From NCBI GenBank assembly GCA_963804165.1, contig CAWDPO010000024.1:64001-128000 (forward strand): a DNA stretch of 64,000 bases, given 5' to 3'. The notes below the pieces were generated by a model. It was not told where the DNA came from, searched no databases, and saw only the letters and a program-made list of their open reading frames with translations. Each line of letters begins with the position of its first letter. The first letter of the stretch is position 1. The stretch comes from an uncultured delta proteobacterium (lineage in GTDB: Bacteria > Desulfobacterota > Binatia > UBA9968). Positions 44,349 to 55,592 of the stretch are shown here, piece by piece. Both the position numbers and the translations under genes were made by a program.

Positions 44349-46594
44349 GGCGTCGTTTCGCTCACGGCGTTAGCACCGCGCCGGCCTCGGCGCGAAACAA
44401 CGCCGGGTTCTCCATTGCCGTTTTCCTCTTCAACATGCTTCGGCAGGCGCAACAAAACCAGTGAGCGCGCCTTGAGCGCGTAAGCTTCGCCGCCGCGCAT
44501 CGGCTGCGGTTTGTTTCTGCTCACTGCCGGATTATGGGTGTCGAGAATGACTTCCCATCGCACTTTGCGACGGTGCGCGGGCAAAATGAACGGGATCGCT
44601 TCGTGGTGCGCGTTTAAGAGAATTAACAGCGTGTCATCGACGATCTGGTTGCCGCGCCCGTCCAACTCTCCGATGGCGTCTCCCGCGAGACGAAGCGCGA
44701 AAATACGGTTCTCTGAATTGTTCCAATCGTCGTCGGTCATCTCCTTGCCGTCGGGACGAAACCAAACCAGGTCCTTGACCTCGGAGCCGCGAATGCGCCG
44801 CCCTTGGAAAAAGTGGCGGCGGCGCAATACCGGATGGGTGCGTACCAGGTGGATGAGATAGCGGGTAAATTCCAGGAGGTCGCGGCGCGGCCGGTCGAGC
44901 TTCCAATCGATCCAAGAAACTTCGTTGTCCTGGCAATAGGCATTGTTGTTGCCTTTCTGGCTGCGGCCGATTTCGTCGCCCGCCAACAGCATCGGCACGC
45001 CTTGCGACAACAGCAGCGTCGCTAGAAAATTTCTTTTTTGCCGCTCGCGCAAGGCAACCACCTTCGGATCGTCGGTTTCACCTTCGACGCCGCAGTTCCA
45101 GCTGAGGTTCTCGTTATGGCCGTCGCGATTTTCTTCGCCGTTGGCCTCGTTGTGCTTTTCATTGTAGCTCACCAAATCCTGCAGCGTAAAACCATCGTGG
45201 GCAGTGACAAAATTGATGCTCGCATAGGGCAGGCGGCCATTGTGACCGTAGAGATCGCTCGAGCCGGTCAGGCGAAAGCCGAGCGCGCCGACTTGTCCCT
45301 CGTCGCCTTTCCAAAAGCGCCGTACCGTGTCACGGTACGCCGCATTCCATTCGGCCCATAGTGAGGGAAAGTTGCCGACCTGATAGCCGCCCGGTCCGAG
45401 ATCCCAGGGCTCGGCGATGAGCTTTACTTGAGAAATGACCGGGTCCTGCTGGATGATGTCGAAAAAAGCCCCGAGCCGGTCGACGTCGTGGAGCTCGCGC
45501 GCCAGCGTAGAGGCAAGGTCGAAGCGAAAGCCGTCGACGTGCATCTCCACCACCCAGTAGCGCAAGCTGTCCATGATCAATTGAAGAACCCGCGGATGGG
45601 TCATGTCGAGTGTATTGCCGCAGCCCGTATAATCCATGTAGTAACGGCGGTCCTTCTCGACCAGACGATAGTACGAAGCATTGTCGATGCCGCGAAAACA
45701 AAGAGTCGGGCCCAGCTGGTTGCCTTCACCGGTGTGGTTGTAAACCACGTCCAAGATCACTTCGATCCCTTCGCGATGCAGCGCCCGAACCATACTCTTG
45801 AACTCCGTCACCTGCTCGCCGCCCACGCCGCTACTGGCATAGCGCGCATCGGGCGCGAAAAAGCCGATGGAATTGTAACCCCAGTAGTTGGTCAGGCCGC
45901 GATCTTCCAAATGCTTGTCCGCGATGAATTGATGCACCGGCATAAGCTCCACCGCAGTGACGCCGAGCGACTTGAGATAATCCATCACCGCCGGACAAGC
46001 GAGCGCCGCATACGTGCCGCGCAACTCCGGCGGCACGCCGGGATGGCGCATGGTGAAACCTTTTACATGCAACTCATAAATGATGGTTTCGTGCCACGGC
46101 GTCGCCGGCGGCATATCGTTTCCCCAACTGAACGCCCGGTCAATCACCACGCACTTCGGCATTCCCGCCGCGCTGTCCTTCTCGTCGCGCGAAAGATCCT
46201 GATCGGGATGACCCATGGCGTAGCCGAACAGCGCGTCGCTCCAATTGACCGTGCCGGTGATCGCCTTGGCGTAGGGGTCCAGAAGCAACTTTGCCGGATT
46301 GAACCGATGACCTTCTTGGGGCTCGTATGGCCCATAAACTCGGTAACCATAAAGCTGGCCCAGGCGGGCTTCGGGCAGGTAGAGATGCCAAACCTGATGC
46401 GTCTGCTCGTTCATCGCGATGCGCGTTTCTTGCTGTGCCGCCGTGCCGTCGAAAAGGCAGAGCTCGACCTTTGTCGCGTTCTCGGAGAAAAGCGAAAAAT
46501 TAACTCCCGCTCCATCCCAAGTCGCGCCTAACGGATATGGCTTGCCCGGCCAGATTTTCATGTTGTTGATCGCGGTTGCCGTTTGCTCCGTCAC
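44345..46594 (-). CDS. glgX: Glycogen debranching enzyme / isoamylase
   Basis: [39 protein letters not shown]. Confidence 0.96.
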   Translation of the reverse strand: MTEQTATAINNMKIWPGKPYPLGATWDGAGVNFSLFSENATKVELCLFDGTAAQQETRIAMNEQTHQVWHLYLPEARLGQLYGYRVYGPYEPQEGHRFNPAKLLLDPYAKAITGTVNWSDALFGYAMGHPDQDLSRDEKDSAAGMPKCVVIDRAFSWGNDMPPATPWHETIIYELHVKGFTMRHPGVPPELRGTYAALACPAVMDYLKSLGVTAVELMPVHQFIADKHLEDRGLTNYWGYNSIGFFAPDARYASSGVGGEQVTEFKSMVRALHREGIEVILDVVYNHTGEGNQLGPTLCFRGIDNASYYRLVEKDRRYYMDYTGCGNTLDMTHPRVLQLIMDSLRYWVVEMHVDGFRFDLASTLARELHDVDRLGAFFDIIQQDPVISQVKLIAEPWDLGPGGYQVGNFPSLWAEWNAAYRDTVRRFWKGDEGQVGALGFRLTGSSDLYGHNGRLPYASINFVTAHDGFTLQDLVSYNEKHNEANGEENRDGHNENLSWNCGVEGETDDPKVVALRERQKRNFLATLLLSQGVPMLLAGDEIGRSQKGNNNAYCQDNEVSWIDWKLDRPRRDLLEFTRYLIHLVRTHPVLRRRHFFQGRRIRGSEVKDLVWFRPDGKEMTDDDWNNSENRIFALRLAGDAIGELDGRGNQIVDDTLLILLNAHHEAIPFILPAHRRKVRWEVILDTHNPAVSRNKPQPMRGGEAYALKARSLVLLRLPKHVEEENGNGEPGVVSRRGRRGANAVSETTP

Positions 46595-46595
46595 T

Positions 46596-48450
46596 TCATC
46601 TGGGAATCGAACAATGGAAAAGTCCGAATGAGCGCGCCGCGAGCGTCAATCGGGAACTCCCTCCGCCGTCAAACTCGGCAGGCAGAGCGCTGCCTTGGCC
46701 GCGCCATTTCTCCTCCGCCGAGTCAATCAGCTTGCGCCAGCGTCCGGCGTCGACGGTTATCGCGACGGGGACCTTGTCTGTGTGAAGATTGGCGACCAGC
46801 ATCGCTCGCTCGGCGCCGTGCCAGCGTTGAACGATTAATACTTTCTCATGATCGCAGCCGACGACTTCCATATTTTCTTTCGCCAAATGGTCGAGCGCCG
46901 GGAGTGTCTTTCTAAGCCTGATCAGATCGCGATAAAATTCCAGCAGAGTTTGGTGCGTCCCGCCGGTGCGCAGCTCATGACGGAGCTTGGCGGAGAGAAA
47001 GGTCGCTTCGTCCTGCGGATCGGGCATCGCTCCTTGCCACTCGAACGCCGCGAATTCCATCCGCCGTCCTCGCCGTACCGCTTCGATCAGTTCGGCGTCC
47101 GAGTGCTCGACGAAGTACGGAAACGGCGCCGTTTCCCCATACTCTTCACCCATGAATAAAAGCGGCAGATACGGCGAAAGCACAACGATGCCCGCGGCAA
47201 GCTTCAAGTCTTCCAAGGAACCCGACTCGCTCAGCCGGTCACCGCACATGCGGTTGCCGACCTGATCATGATTCTGCGCGAAGACGACAAAACAGCGCGC
47301 CGCGATATCGCGGGATGAGCTGCCATGGCGGCGCCGGCGATATTCGGAATACTCACCGGAATAGACGAATCCTTCCCGGTAAGCTTTAGCGAGCTGCGCG
47401 ACTTCGCCGTAATCCCGGTAGTAACCGCGCCGCTCGCCGGTAAGGAGCGTGCGCAGGCAATGATGAAAATCGTCGTTCCACTGCGCGTCAAGACCGTACC
47501 CACCGCACTCTCGCTCTCGCACCAGGCGCGCATTGTTATCGGCGCTTTCGGCGATGAGAAAAATTTTGCGCTTGAGGCGCAGCGCCTCTCGATGTACGGC
47601 ATCGCCCAAGTCTTCGAGAAAAGTCATCGGCGAATGATCGAGAATCGCGTGTACGGCGTCGAGCCTGAGAGCGTCGATATGAAACTCGGAGACCCAATAA
47701 AGCGCGTTTTGAATAAAATAGTTTCTTACCTCATCACTCCACGGCCCGTCGAAATTGACCGCCGGCACCCCACGGCGTTTGATAGCGGTCGGTGAAATAG
47801 GGTCCAAAATTCTCAAAATAATTTCCTTCCGGACCGAGATGGTTGTAGACCACGTCCAAGATCACGGCTAAACCGCGCCGGTGACAGGCGTTAACGAGTT
47901 TTTTTAAGCCCTCCGGTCCACCGTAGGAATTCTGCACTGCGAAAGGGTAGACGCCATCGTAACCCCAATTCCTGCCACCGGGAAATTGTGCGACGGGCAT
48001 GAGCTCCACCGCCGTGACGCCGACTTCGAGCAGATAATCGAGATACGGAATTATGGCTTCGAAAGTTCCCGCCGGCGTGAAGCACCCCACATGAAGCTCG
48101 TAGCTGATGTAGTCCTCGAGCGCCAAGCCGCGCCAACCTTCGTCGTCCCACGAGAAGCGCGCATCGACCACCTCGGATGGACCATGCACGCCTTGCGGCT
48201 GGAAACGCGAAGCTGGATCAGGGTGCTCTCCAGCTTCCGCCAAGTGAAACAGGTAGAGATCGCCGGGCGCAACGTCTTGCGCCACGCCTTCATGATAGCC
48301 GCGGCCCGTCTTCTCGAGGGGTATGAGGCGGTCGGTTCTGAGCAAGCGAACGCCGACCGGGACTTTTGCCGGCGCCCATACTCGAAACTGGCAAGCGTGC
48401 TCGCCCAAGTACGCCGCGCCGATCGCTTCTCTTGCGCTATTCGCGTTCAC
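46596..48450 (-). CDS. treZ: Malto-oligosyltrehalose trehalohydrolase; frameshift ~47765
   Basis: [45 protein letters not shown]. Confidence 0.93.
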
Positions 48451-48540
48451 TTTGTTCTCCGAGCATCGATGCGTCGCAAAGGAACCGATCAGCGCGCTCT
48501 AGCCAAACGCGCGCGCCGATCTGCCCGCCGTGCTCTCGTC

Positions 48541-50523
48541 CTAGCCGCTGGCCTCACTGGTGAAGAATAAAATCGATAACGGCGGTAAGATCAGGGGCAA
48601 CGAAAAGCGCCGACCGTGGGCGGGCACCGGCGCGGCTTCCACCGCGCCCATGTTTCCCATGCCGCTCCCACCGTAGGCTTCCGCGTCGCTGTTGAGCGCC
48701 TCTTTCCACGTTCCACCCTTGGGCACGCCAACTCGATAGTTGAGCCGCGGCACCGGGGTAAAATTGCAAGTCACCAGGACAGCGCGCTCATCGCGCCGCC
48801 CTTTGCGCAGCAAAATCACGATGCTGGATTCGGCGTCGCGACAGTCGATCCATTCGAATCCCGCCGCCTCGCAATCGAGCTCGTGCAGCGCCGACTCGCT
48901 GCGATAAAGTCGGTTCAAGTCTCGAATCCACTGCCGCATACCCGCGTGGCGCGGGTCATCGAGCGCGTGCCAATCGAGGCTCTGATCGTGTTGCCACTCG
49001 GACCACTGCGCGATTTCGATCCCCATGAAAAGCAGTTTCTTTCCGGGTTGGGCGTACATGTAGCCGAGCAGCGCCCGCAAGTTCGCAAAGCGCTGCCATT
49101 CGTCGCCGGGCATCTTGCCGAGCAGCGAGCCCTTGCCATACACCACTTCGTCATGGGACAGCGGCAGCACAAAATTCTCCTGAAACGCGTAGATCATTCT
49201 GAACGTGAGCTTATCGTGATGGTACTTGCGATGAATCGGATCCTGGGAAAAGTATGCGAGCGTATCGTGCATCCAACCCATGTCCCATTTGAGCCCGAAC
49301 CCGAGGCCGCCGGTATAGACCGGACGGGACACCATCGGCCAAGCGGTGGATTCTTCCGCGATGGTCTGGACATCCGGAAAGCCCTCGTAGATGGCGCCGT
49401 TGAGCTGCTTGAGGAACTCAATGGCCTCGATGTTCTCTCTGCCGCCGTAGCGGTTAGGGATCCATTCGCCGCTCTCGCGCGCGTAATCGAGATAGAGCAT
49501 CGAAGCCACGGCATCGACGCGCAAGCCGTCGGCATGATACTTATCGAGCCAGAAGAGCGCGTTGCTGATAAGAAAACTGCGCACCTCATGGCGGCCGTAG
49601 TTAAAAATATAACTCTTCCACTCCGGGTGAAATCCCTGGCGCGAGTCGGCATGCTCGAACAAATGCGTGCCGTCAAAATAAGCGAGCCCGTGTTCGTCCG
49701 AAGGAAAATGAGACGGCACCCAATCGAGAATGACGCCGATACCGTTTTGGTGCAGCGTGTCGATCAGAAACATCAGATCCTGCGGCGTGCCGTAGTTGCC
49801 GGATGGAGCAAAATAACCGGTGATCTGATATCCCCACGAGCCGAAAAATGGGTGATCCATCAACGGCAGAAACTCCACGTGCGTGAATCCGGTTTCGCGC
49901 ACATAATCCGCCAGGAGCGGAGCCAATTCGCGATACGAAAGCGAGCGGTTACCTTCTTCAGGAATACGCCGCCACGAGCCCAAGTGGACCTCGTAGATCG
50001 ATATCGGCTGGGCTAGGCCGATGCGCCGGCCTCTCTCGCCCAGCCATTTTTCATCGCCCCAGGAATAGTCGAGATTCCAGACAATCGAGGCTTGTTTGGG
50101 CGGAATCTCATTGAAAATGGCAAACGGGTCGGCCTTTTCGACTCGGTAGTTCTTGAAGCGGGAATGAATCACATATTTATAGAGGGTTCCCGGTCCCAGC
50201 GCCGGAATGAAACCTTCCCAGACGCCCGAGTTTGCTCTCGCACGCAGCGGGTGGCTTTGTTTATTCCAGTCGTTAAAGCTGCCGGCAACAAAAACCTTCT
50301 CCGCGTTCGGCGCCCACACGGCGAAATAAGTGCCCTCTTGGCCATCCACGCGCATGTGATGAGCGCCGAATTTCTCGTATAGCCGCGTGTGGCTGCCCTC
50401 GTTAAATAGATAGAAATCCTTGTCGCCCAGCAGGCTGGCCGCGGCCAAATGTCGTACTTCACCGTGTGGGACAGTCGTTGACGTACGGCCGTTGGTTTCG
50501 ATGGATTCCTTGCTCATGATCAT
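48541..50523 (-). CDS. glgB: 1,4-alpha-glucan branching enzyme
   Basis: FAVWAPNA, YEVHLGSW, SWGYQ, GLRVDAVASM, AEESTAW, LSHDEVV. Confidence 0.97.
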   Translation of the reverse strand: MIMSKESIETNGRTSTTVPHGEVRHLAAASLLGDKDFYLFNEGSHTRLYEKFGAHHMRVDGQEGTYFAVWAPNAEKVFVAGSFNDWNKQSHPLRARANSGVWEGFIPALGPGTLYKYVIHSRFKNYRVEKADPFAIFNEIPPKQASIVWNLDYSWGDEKWLGERGRRIGLAQPISIYEVHLGSWRRIPEEGNRSLSYRELAPLLADYVRETGFTHVEFLPLMDHPFFGSWGYQITGYFAPSGNYGTPQDLMFLIDTLHQNGIGVILDWVPSHFPSDEHGLAYFDGTHLFEHADSRQGFHPEWKSYIFNYGRHEVRSFLISNALFWLDKYHADGLRVDAVASMLYLDYARESGEWIPNRYGGRENIEAIEFLKQLNGAIYEGFPDVQTIAEESTAWPMVSRPVYTGGLGFGLKWDMGWMHDTLAYFSQDPIHRKYHHDKLTFRMIYAFQENFVLPLSHDEVVYGKGSLLGKMPGDEWQRFANLRALLGYMYAQPGKKLLFMGIEIAQWSEWQHDQSLDWHALDDPRHAGMRQWIRDLNRLYRSESALHELDCEAAGFEWIDCRDAESSIVILLRKGRRDERAVLVTCNFTPVPRLNYRVGVPKGGTWKEALNSDAEAYGGSGMGNMGAVEAAPVPAHGRRFSLPLILPPLSILFFTSEASG

Positions 50524-51032
50524 TCACATATTTAGCTGCTAATGTGTGCCTTTCACTAAACTAAAATAATTTTGAAGGAATAATAAGGGGCCGTTCTTCG
50601 AAAAATCCTTGCGCGCTTTGACCCCTCACTTATGTAAATATATTCTTGCCTACGAGCGAAGCCTCAAATCAACGTGCGACCGGCGCGGCGAGATCTCTGT
50701 CAATACGGCAATCCTACGACACCGGGCACGCAACACCGCACCGCCGCACCGTGGAAATTGTATTTTTCGTTTGTTGCCAATGTCCAGGATGCGTCGAGCC
50801 GCGTGCGTAATCGGTCGTGCGTCAATTTTCGGCTCACTTTGATGTTTGGATAACGGACCAATGAGATCTGCGCAAAAAAGAGACCAAGTTTACCGCCGCG
50901 CGCAAGTCGTTTATTCTTTAAGGTAGTGGGGAAGGCAGGAGCACAATATCCCTGGTACTTTGAAGGATTTGCTCTACGGTGAATGAGATCCCCTACATCG
51001 AATCGGTCCGGGGGAAGGCCGGCGGAGGAGGG

Positions 51033-53879
51033 TTAAACGGCCTGCCTCGCATCTTGAGCAGTCTCCTCCGGCACCGCCACGGGTAAATGAATTTTGAAAC
51101 TCGTGCCTCGTCCGGGCTTACTATCGACTTCGATCCGGCCACTGTGCGACTTTACAATCCGGTCGCATATTGGCAGACCGAGCCCCAAACCGCGACGCTT
51201 CTTCGAGGTGAAAAACGGCTGAAAGATCCGCGGCAACACGTCGGCATCGATACCGATTCCTGTGTCCGCCACCGTGATCGTCATCCGATTCGATGAGGTG
51301 ATGCGCGCGCCGATGGTCAATGTACCCCCTTTGGGCATGGCATCCACAGCATTCAAGGAAAGATTCAACAGCACCTGTTGCAACTGCTGCGGGTCCGCAT
51401 GAATCTGTGGGATTTGCGCCTCAATCTCGGTCGTCGTTTCCACATGATTTTTCGTTGCCCGGGGTTGCACGAGATCCAACGTTCTTTGAATCAGCTGTTC
51501 GACGTCGGTGGGAGTAAAATCTGCGCTCTTCGGACGGCCGAATTCCAACAACTCCTGCACGAGCTTTTCGCAGCGCTTCGCTTCCTCTGCGATGATTTCC
51601 ACATGGTGGTAGTTGGCATCTGAGGGATCCATGCTGGACATTAACCCCTGGGCAAAACCCAAGACGATACCCAAGGGATTGTTGAATTCATGGGCCATCG
51701 AGGCGGTGAGCTCCCCGACGGCGACCAGCCGACCCGACGCTAGGAGCTGTTGCTCGAGCTCCTGCGCTTGATTGCGCAGGTGCTCTTCACTTTGGCGCAA
51801 CGCCGCTTCAGCGCGCATGCGCTCGACGAATTGACCGATCTCTCCGCCGATCATCCGCATCATTTTCAAAATGTCTTCTTTAGGCTCGTGAATCGCGGTA
51901 TCAAAAAACTCAACGACGCCCAGCACCTCGTTATGCATTCTTATCGGAAAGCAAAACGCGGCGTGAAGTCTTTCGTCCAACGTAGTCGCGCGACGGAATG
52001 GCATCGGTTCGCTTGCGACGTCCGAAACCCATGCCGGCTCATCTTCCGCCCACACTCGACCCGCAAGTCCCATTTGCCGGGTGAGGGGCGCCCGAACGTC
52101 CTCGTGATGGGCTTTCAGCGAGGGATGATGCCAGGTCTCCACACAATCGAGCGCTTGAGTGGTTTTGTTGACCATCCAAATCCGCCCAAGTTCCCATTCC
52201 AAGCCTTCGCCGATCACTTCGAGAATTCTATGCCACGCTGCCTCCGGCGTTTCGGATTCCGCTAAAACGAGTGTGACCGCGTGCTCCATCGCGATACGTC
52301 GGGCCAATTGTTTGCGGGGACTGATGTCGCGATTACATTCCAAAATCACATACCCGCCGGCACGGTCCTCGATCAATTTAAAGCGACTTTCCACTTCGAT
52401 GCGTTGTCCCTGCTTGGTCTTCTGTTTCAATTCACCGCTCCACTCTCCAGCTTCGAGCAGCGCGGCCTCGAAGCTCTTCCACCCCTGGGGGAATTCTGTG
52501 TCAAGCAATTCATGACTAATGAAACCGATGGCCTCGCTTTGCGAATAGCCGTAGAGTTGGGCAGCACCCCGGTTCCAATAGATGACCTGGCCGTCCAGTT
52601 GTCGCGCAAAGATCGCTTCATTGGCCAGATTTAGCAGGTCCGCCTGTCGTCGCAGATTTTCTTCCTGCCGACGCAGCGCCCCTTCGACTCGATCTCGTTC
52701 ATTTTCACGCTCCCGGAGAAGACCGCCGGCGCGCTCCATCTCTCGAGCTAAATCGTCTAGTTCGGCAATGGGAGACGCCGCTGGGAAAGAAACGGCGCGG
52801 CCCCCGCCCAAGTCGTGGGCCGCCAAAGACAATTCTCCGATCGACCTGGAGACTCTGCGGGCGAAGAGCAGCGCCACACAGAACCCAACTAGCAGGAGAA
52901 GCAAGCCGCCGCCACCCACCAGCGCAATGGAACGGTACAAGATCGCGTTCAACTCCGAGCTCGGAACCGTCAATGCTATCGCCCATCCCGATCGATGGGA
53001 TCGACTGATGGCAGCGTACGAGCTAACCCCTGCATCGTCGACGCCATTAAGCAATTGTTCCGCCGTCTCCGAGTTTGCCTTTTGCAGTAGCGCTCCAACC
53101 GGTTTCCCCGTCAGCTTCACCGCATCGCGCGTCCTGGCGATGACGATCTGTTTAGCATCGAACAGCGTGCCTACCCACGAGCTCGGCAGCTTTTGTTGAA
53201 TCAGGATCTCGGTGAAAACCTCGGGCTCGATCGCGGCTGTAAGGATGTAAATAACGGTTTGTTCGCGCACCACCGGAACATGAATGTTGATCCCCTTCTC
53301 GCCGGATTTCGTGACGGGAAAATCGCTGATCACCGGCCGGCGGGTGCTCAACACGCTCTCTAGACTCGCTCGGCTAATGCCGCCTGGCAGTTCGGTTATG
53401 GGTATGGCGATGCTGATGAGTTGCCGGCCCCTGGGATCGAAAAGCGAGATGCTTTTCCAGTTCTTTTGGGTATTCAGGGTACGGGCCGCAATGCTGCGAA
53501 AAACGTTCACCGCGCCGACATCCAAAGGCTCTGATGTTGCAAGGGCTTCGAGGTTGGTGATGGAAGATTCGATCTGCTGATCCACAGCGAGCGCCAAGGC
53601 GCGCGCCGTATCCTCAAGACCACGCTTGCGATTCGCTTGCTCGTGGCGCGCGAACAAGACCATCATGAAAACCGAAAAAATAAGCAACGGAGCGAGGCCG
53701 CCGATGATTAGTCGAGAAAGATAGGAGTTCAGAGACGTGGATCGGGTAAACCAATCGGCGAAGTACACGCGCAGCGAGGCCATCCGGGATTCGGAGGCAA
53801 AGTTTCGGCTACACCACTGCCTTACCGCTGCAGGGATGCTGCGATGGAGGATCCTTGAGGCTGCATGCTTGGGCGTCAC
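51033..53879 (-). CDS. Membrane sensor histidine kinase (Cache-like, PAS, GAF, HisKA, HATPase); start uncertain
   Basis: Two TMs, YWNRGAAQLYGY PAS, GAF, AHEFNNPL H-box, NAVDAM, DTGIGI, GLGL. Confidence 0.92.
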   Translation of the reverse strand: MTPKHAASRILHRSIPAAVRQWCSRNFASESRMASLRVYFADWFTRSTSLNSYLSRLIIGGLAPLLIFSVFMMVLFARHEQANRKRGLEDTARALALAVDQQIESSITNLEALATSEPLDVGAVNVFRSIAARTLNTQKNWKSISLFDPRGRQLISIAIPITELPGGISRASLESVLSTRRPVISDFPVTKSGEKGINIHVPVVREQTVIYILTAAIEPEVFTEILIQQKLPSSWVGTLFDAKQIVIARTRDAVKLTGKPVGALLQKANSETAEQLLNGVDDAGVSSYAAISRSHRSGWAIALTVPSSELNAILYRSIALVGGGGLLLLLVGFCVALLFARRVSRSIGELSLAAHDLGGGRAVSFPAASPIAELDDLAREMERAGGLLRERENERDRVEGALRRQEENLRRQADLLNLANEAIFARQLDGQVIYWNRGAAQLYGYSQSEAIGFISHELLDTEFPQGWKSFEAALLEAGEWSGELKQKTKQGQRIEVESRFKLIEDRAGGYVILECNRDISPRKQLARRIAMEHAVTLVLAESETPEAAWHRILEVIGEGLEWELGRIWMVNKTTQALDCVETWHHPSLKAHHEDVRAPLTRQMGLAGRVWAEDEPAWVSDVASEPMPFRRATTLDERLHAAFCFPIRMHNEVLGVVEFFDTAIHEPKEDILKMMRMIGGEIGQFVERMRAEAALRQSEEHLRNQAQELEQQLLASGRLVAVGELTASMAHEFNNPLGIVLGFAQGLMSSMDPSDANYHHVEIIAEEAKRCEKLVQELLEFGRPKSADFTPTDVEQLIQRTLDLVQPRATKNHVETTTEIEAQIPQIHADPQQLQQVLLNLSLNAVDAMPKGGTLTIGARITSSNRMTITVADTGIGIDADVLPRIFQPFFTSKKRRGLGLGLPICDRIVKSHSGRIEVDSKPGRGTSFKIHLPVAVPEETAQDARQAV

Positions 53880-53923
53880 AAAGTTGCCGCTGCTCGATAA
53901 TCTACCTAAGCCAGGCTAACTCC

Positions 53924-54349
53924 TCAAGGCGGAAATTTTAAGACCTCTGCCAATTCTTGCAAATCTACGGGCTTGGTCAAATAACGGCTGGCCCCTTTGT
54001 CAAATGCTTGTTTGATGGAACTCACCGTCGGGTACGCCGTCATCATGACGACTTTAACTCCGGGGGATTGATCGTTCACTTGCTCCAACAGAGATAAACC
54101 GTCCCGGCCGCCAAGCTTGATGTCGAGTAAAACGATATTAATAGAGCGTTCTTGCAAGATCCCATAGGCTTCATCGGCGCTCGATGCCGTGTAGACGTCG
54201 TAGCCCTGCTGCGTCAGATACCATTTAAGGAGAGTTAGAAAATTCTCTTCATCATCGACGACTAAAATCGCCTGGCGAACCGACGCTGGGGAAACTTGGG
54301 CACGATCCGCGGATGCCATTCCGCTCGCCGTGAATTTAGTCTTTTCCAT
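53924..54349 (-). CDS. Single-domain response regulator receiver
   Basis: LVVDDE, LLDIKL, MMTAY, YLTKP. Confidence 0.9.
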   Translation of the reverse strand: MEKTKFTASGMASADRAQVSPASVRQAILVVDDEENFLTLLKWYLTQQGYDVYTASSADEAYGILQERSINIVLLDIKLGGRDGLSLLEQVNDQSPGVKVVMMTAYPTVSSIKQAFDKGASRYLTKPVDLQELAEVLKFPP

Positions 54350-54768
54350 GGCCTCAGTCGCTCATGTTACTCTATGAGCCAAAACAATTGGTGGGCTGAG
54401 ATTGCCTCAAGCCGCATCGTGATTCTCTTCGGTAACAACCTTAGTGCGACGGCTAGTGGCCTCTATCCAGTCTTAAATTAAATGTGAGCATTAATTATAC
54501 CAAAGTTCCTCCTCGCGAAAATCGCAGTGAACTCAAGCACTTGGCGCTGTTACGGCTTGTCACAGCTAGAGCTTGTAGGAATTTTGCCGACGAAAATAGC
54601 CGAGTTTATCAAACACGGCGTCGCAAACAAAAGTTTTCGAAGTGAGTGGCTGAACTCGAGCGAGTAATGAATCGTCAAAAAAGAAGAATTTCATGGCCGC
54701 CGTTCTCTGCAACAGAGGAGAGAACGTGGATTTCGTCTCGTCACAATGGCGGAAAGTGGATAGTTCTA

Positions 54769-55587
54769 TTAGTGCGAGCCTTCCCCCGCCGCTGTCCAAT
54801 CCGCCACTTGCTCCGCAGTCATGGACCCGAATGGTAGCTCGCGCGCGTCTTGGTAACCCCAATTCTCAACGTCGATACGGTACTGAGTTCTAGAAAGAAG
54901 TGTGCCGCGACACACGCGATTTCGCGATAGGGGTTCCCCCTTCTCGGCCTGCAACCGTGCTATCAACTCGTCCATAACCCACGAGGGCACCGCCAGCAAT
55001 CGTTCCGAAGGATAGATAAAGTCAAAAAGCACCAGATGACTGAAAAGCATCTGCCAAGTGTCCTCGAAGCGCCGAAGCAGCCGGTGCCAATCTAACTGTT
55101 TTCCTCGAGCTCGAATAATATGAGCGATGTCTGCGCCGTCAAAGCGCTCCCGTTCCATGACGAAGGCTTTGGTCCAGATCAATTCCTCCGGCGGGCAAAA
55201 TTTTATCGTCACTCCAAGAATTTCCCCTGCGACACTATGTTCAAACCAGCCGTCATCGACGGCGCAAACGCCATTGCCCGAGCTGAAGATGACATCGATA
55301 AAATATTTTCCGTCGATGACTTTGCCGAGCCAATGCGGAAAACAAAGCTCGGTCTTATAACCCCTGTCGGCAAACATTTTTAGAATATCCGGCGCATCGG
55401 TCGGTCTCACGAAGAGATCCAGATCCTTGGTGTCACGCACCATTCCTGCGTATCGTTCCAGCGCGTGTCCGCCTCCGACGAGATAGGAAAACTGACCCTC
55501 ATTGAGCTCGTCGAGCACGTCTCGATAGAATTTATATGGGTTGTCCGTGAAGGTTGACGACTGCCGAGCCAACAAGCTTTTCATCAC
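54769..55587 (-). CDS. Pol-beta-superfamily nucleotidyltransferase
   Basis: YLVGGGHA...RDTKDLDLFV, FIDVIF, KAFVMERERFDGAD. Confidence 0.85.
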   Translation of the reverse strand: MMKSLLARQSSTFTDNPYKFYRDVLDELNEGQFSYLVGGGHALERYAGMVRDTKDLDLFVRPTDAPDILKMFADRGYKTELCFPHWLGKVIDGKYFIDVIFSSGNGVCAVDDGWFEHSVAGEILGVTIKFCPPEELIWTKAFVMERERFDGADIAHIIRARGKQLDWHRLLRRFEDTWQMLFSHLVLFDFIYPSERLLAVPSWVMDELIARLQAEKGEPLSRNRVCRGTLLSRTQYRIDVENWGYQDARELPFGSMTAEQVADWTAAGEGSH

Positions 55588-55592
55588 TTCTC

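Noticed and set aside
36136-48450. Programmed ribosomal frameshifting or true pseudogenes in tre/glg genes
   Set aside because: Multiple scattered indels with no consistent slippery sites and no in-frame stops; assembly error is more parsimonious.
48616-50016. Long antisense ORFs (e.g. 48616..50016, 45428..46531, 1790..2770, 10697..11593)
   Set aside because: Shadow frames of well-conserved genes in GC-rich DNA; no recognisable motifs.
50536-50552. Sigma-54 promoter for glgB (AGGCACACATTAGCA)
   Set aside because: GG-to-GC spacing is one base short; could be an indel error but cannot be supported.
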